This document shows, in pieces, positions 63,308-64,000 of a DNA stretch of 64,000 nucleotides. Below the pieces are notes generated by a model that saw only the letters and a list, made by a program, of their open reading frames with translations, did no database searches and had not been told where the DNA came from. Position 1 is the stretch's first letter, and each line of letters starts with the position of its first letter. This DNA is from Hemiscyllium ocellatum (taxonomy: Eukaryota), in NCBI RefSeq assembly GCF_020745735.1, contig NC_083437.1, positions 34,782,001 through 34,846,000 on the forward strand, in the 5' to 3' direction. A program made the translations under genes and the position numbers.

Positions 63308-64000
63308 TGCAAGGGGCAGTGTTGGGTCCACTGCTGTTCGTCATTTTTATAAACGACCTGGATGAGGTAACGTAGAAGGGTGGGTTAGTAAATTTGCAGA
63401 TGGCACTTAGGTCGGTGGAGTTGTGGATAGTGACGAAGGATGTTGTAGGTTGAAGAGAGACGTAAATAAGCTGCAGACCTGGGCTGCGAGGTGGCAAATG
63501 GAGTTTAATGCAGACAAGTGTGAGGTGAGTAACCGGAATGCAAAGTACTGGGCTAATGGTAAGATTCTTGATAGTTAGATGAGCAGAGAGATCTCGGTGT
63601 TCAGGTACACAGATCCTTGAAAGTTGCCATCCAGGTTGACAGGGTTGTTAAGAAGGCCTACAGTGTTTTAGCTTTTATTAATAGAGGGATCGAGTTCCAG
63701 AACCATGAGGTTATATTACAGCTGTACAAAACTCTGGTGCGGCCGCACTTGGAGTATTGTGTACAGTTCTGGTAACCGCATTATAAGAAGGATGTGGAAG
63801 CTTTGGAAAGGGTGCAGAGGAGATTTACTGGGATGTTGCCTGGTATGGAAGGAAGGTCTTATGAGGATTGAGGCTGAGGGACTTGAGGCTGTTTTCGTTG
63901 AAGAGAAGAAGGTTGAGAGGTGACTTAATAGTGACATATAAGATAATCAGAGGATTAGATAGGGTGGACAGGGAGAGCCTTTTTCCAAATATGGTAACGG
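63308..64000 (+). mobile_element. CR1-like LINE RT fragment running off the window
   Basis: QGAVLGPLLFVIFINDLDE, a KFAD motif and RGDLIVTYKIIRGLDRVD. Confidence 0.9.

Overview
This is a vertebrate, repeat-rich (cartilaginous-fish-like) genomic window covering the middle of an espin (espn) gene on the + strand. The HE1/V-SINE, Deu-SINE, CR1 and Penelope repeats point to a shark, probably an orectolobiform; that assignment is inference. Four constitutive-looking coding exons splice in frame: 21255-21407, 30908-31154 (proline-rich), 52961-53097 (WH2) and 53211-53408 (forked-homology region leading into the actin-bundling module). Upstream ankyrin/xAB exons and the last exons are not visible in the window. 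Two things stand out. First, a probable 27-nt basic microexon (39543-39569, RGKGLKLIK) sits behind a 250-nt AG-free zone with distal branch-point candidates, inside a CpG-enriched, promoter-like unique island. Second, about 15 hammerhead-ribozyme motifs of at least five stem-II variants are carried by Penelope-like fragments and by short, often palindromic, non-autonomous elements, many with 12-14 bp target-site duplications. Most lie sense in the espin pre-mRNA. Repeat boundaries are approximate (read by eye). Almost all ORFs in the supplied track are repeat-derived or spurious.
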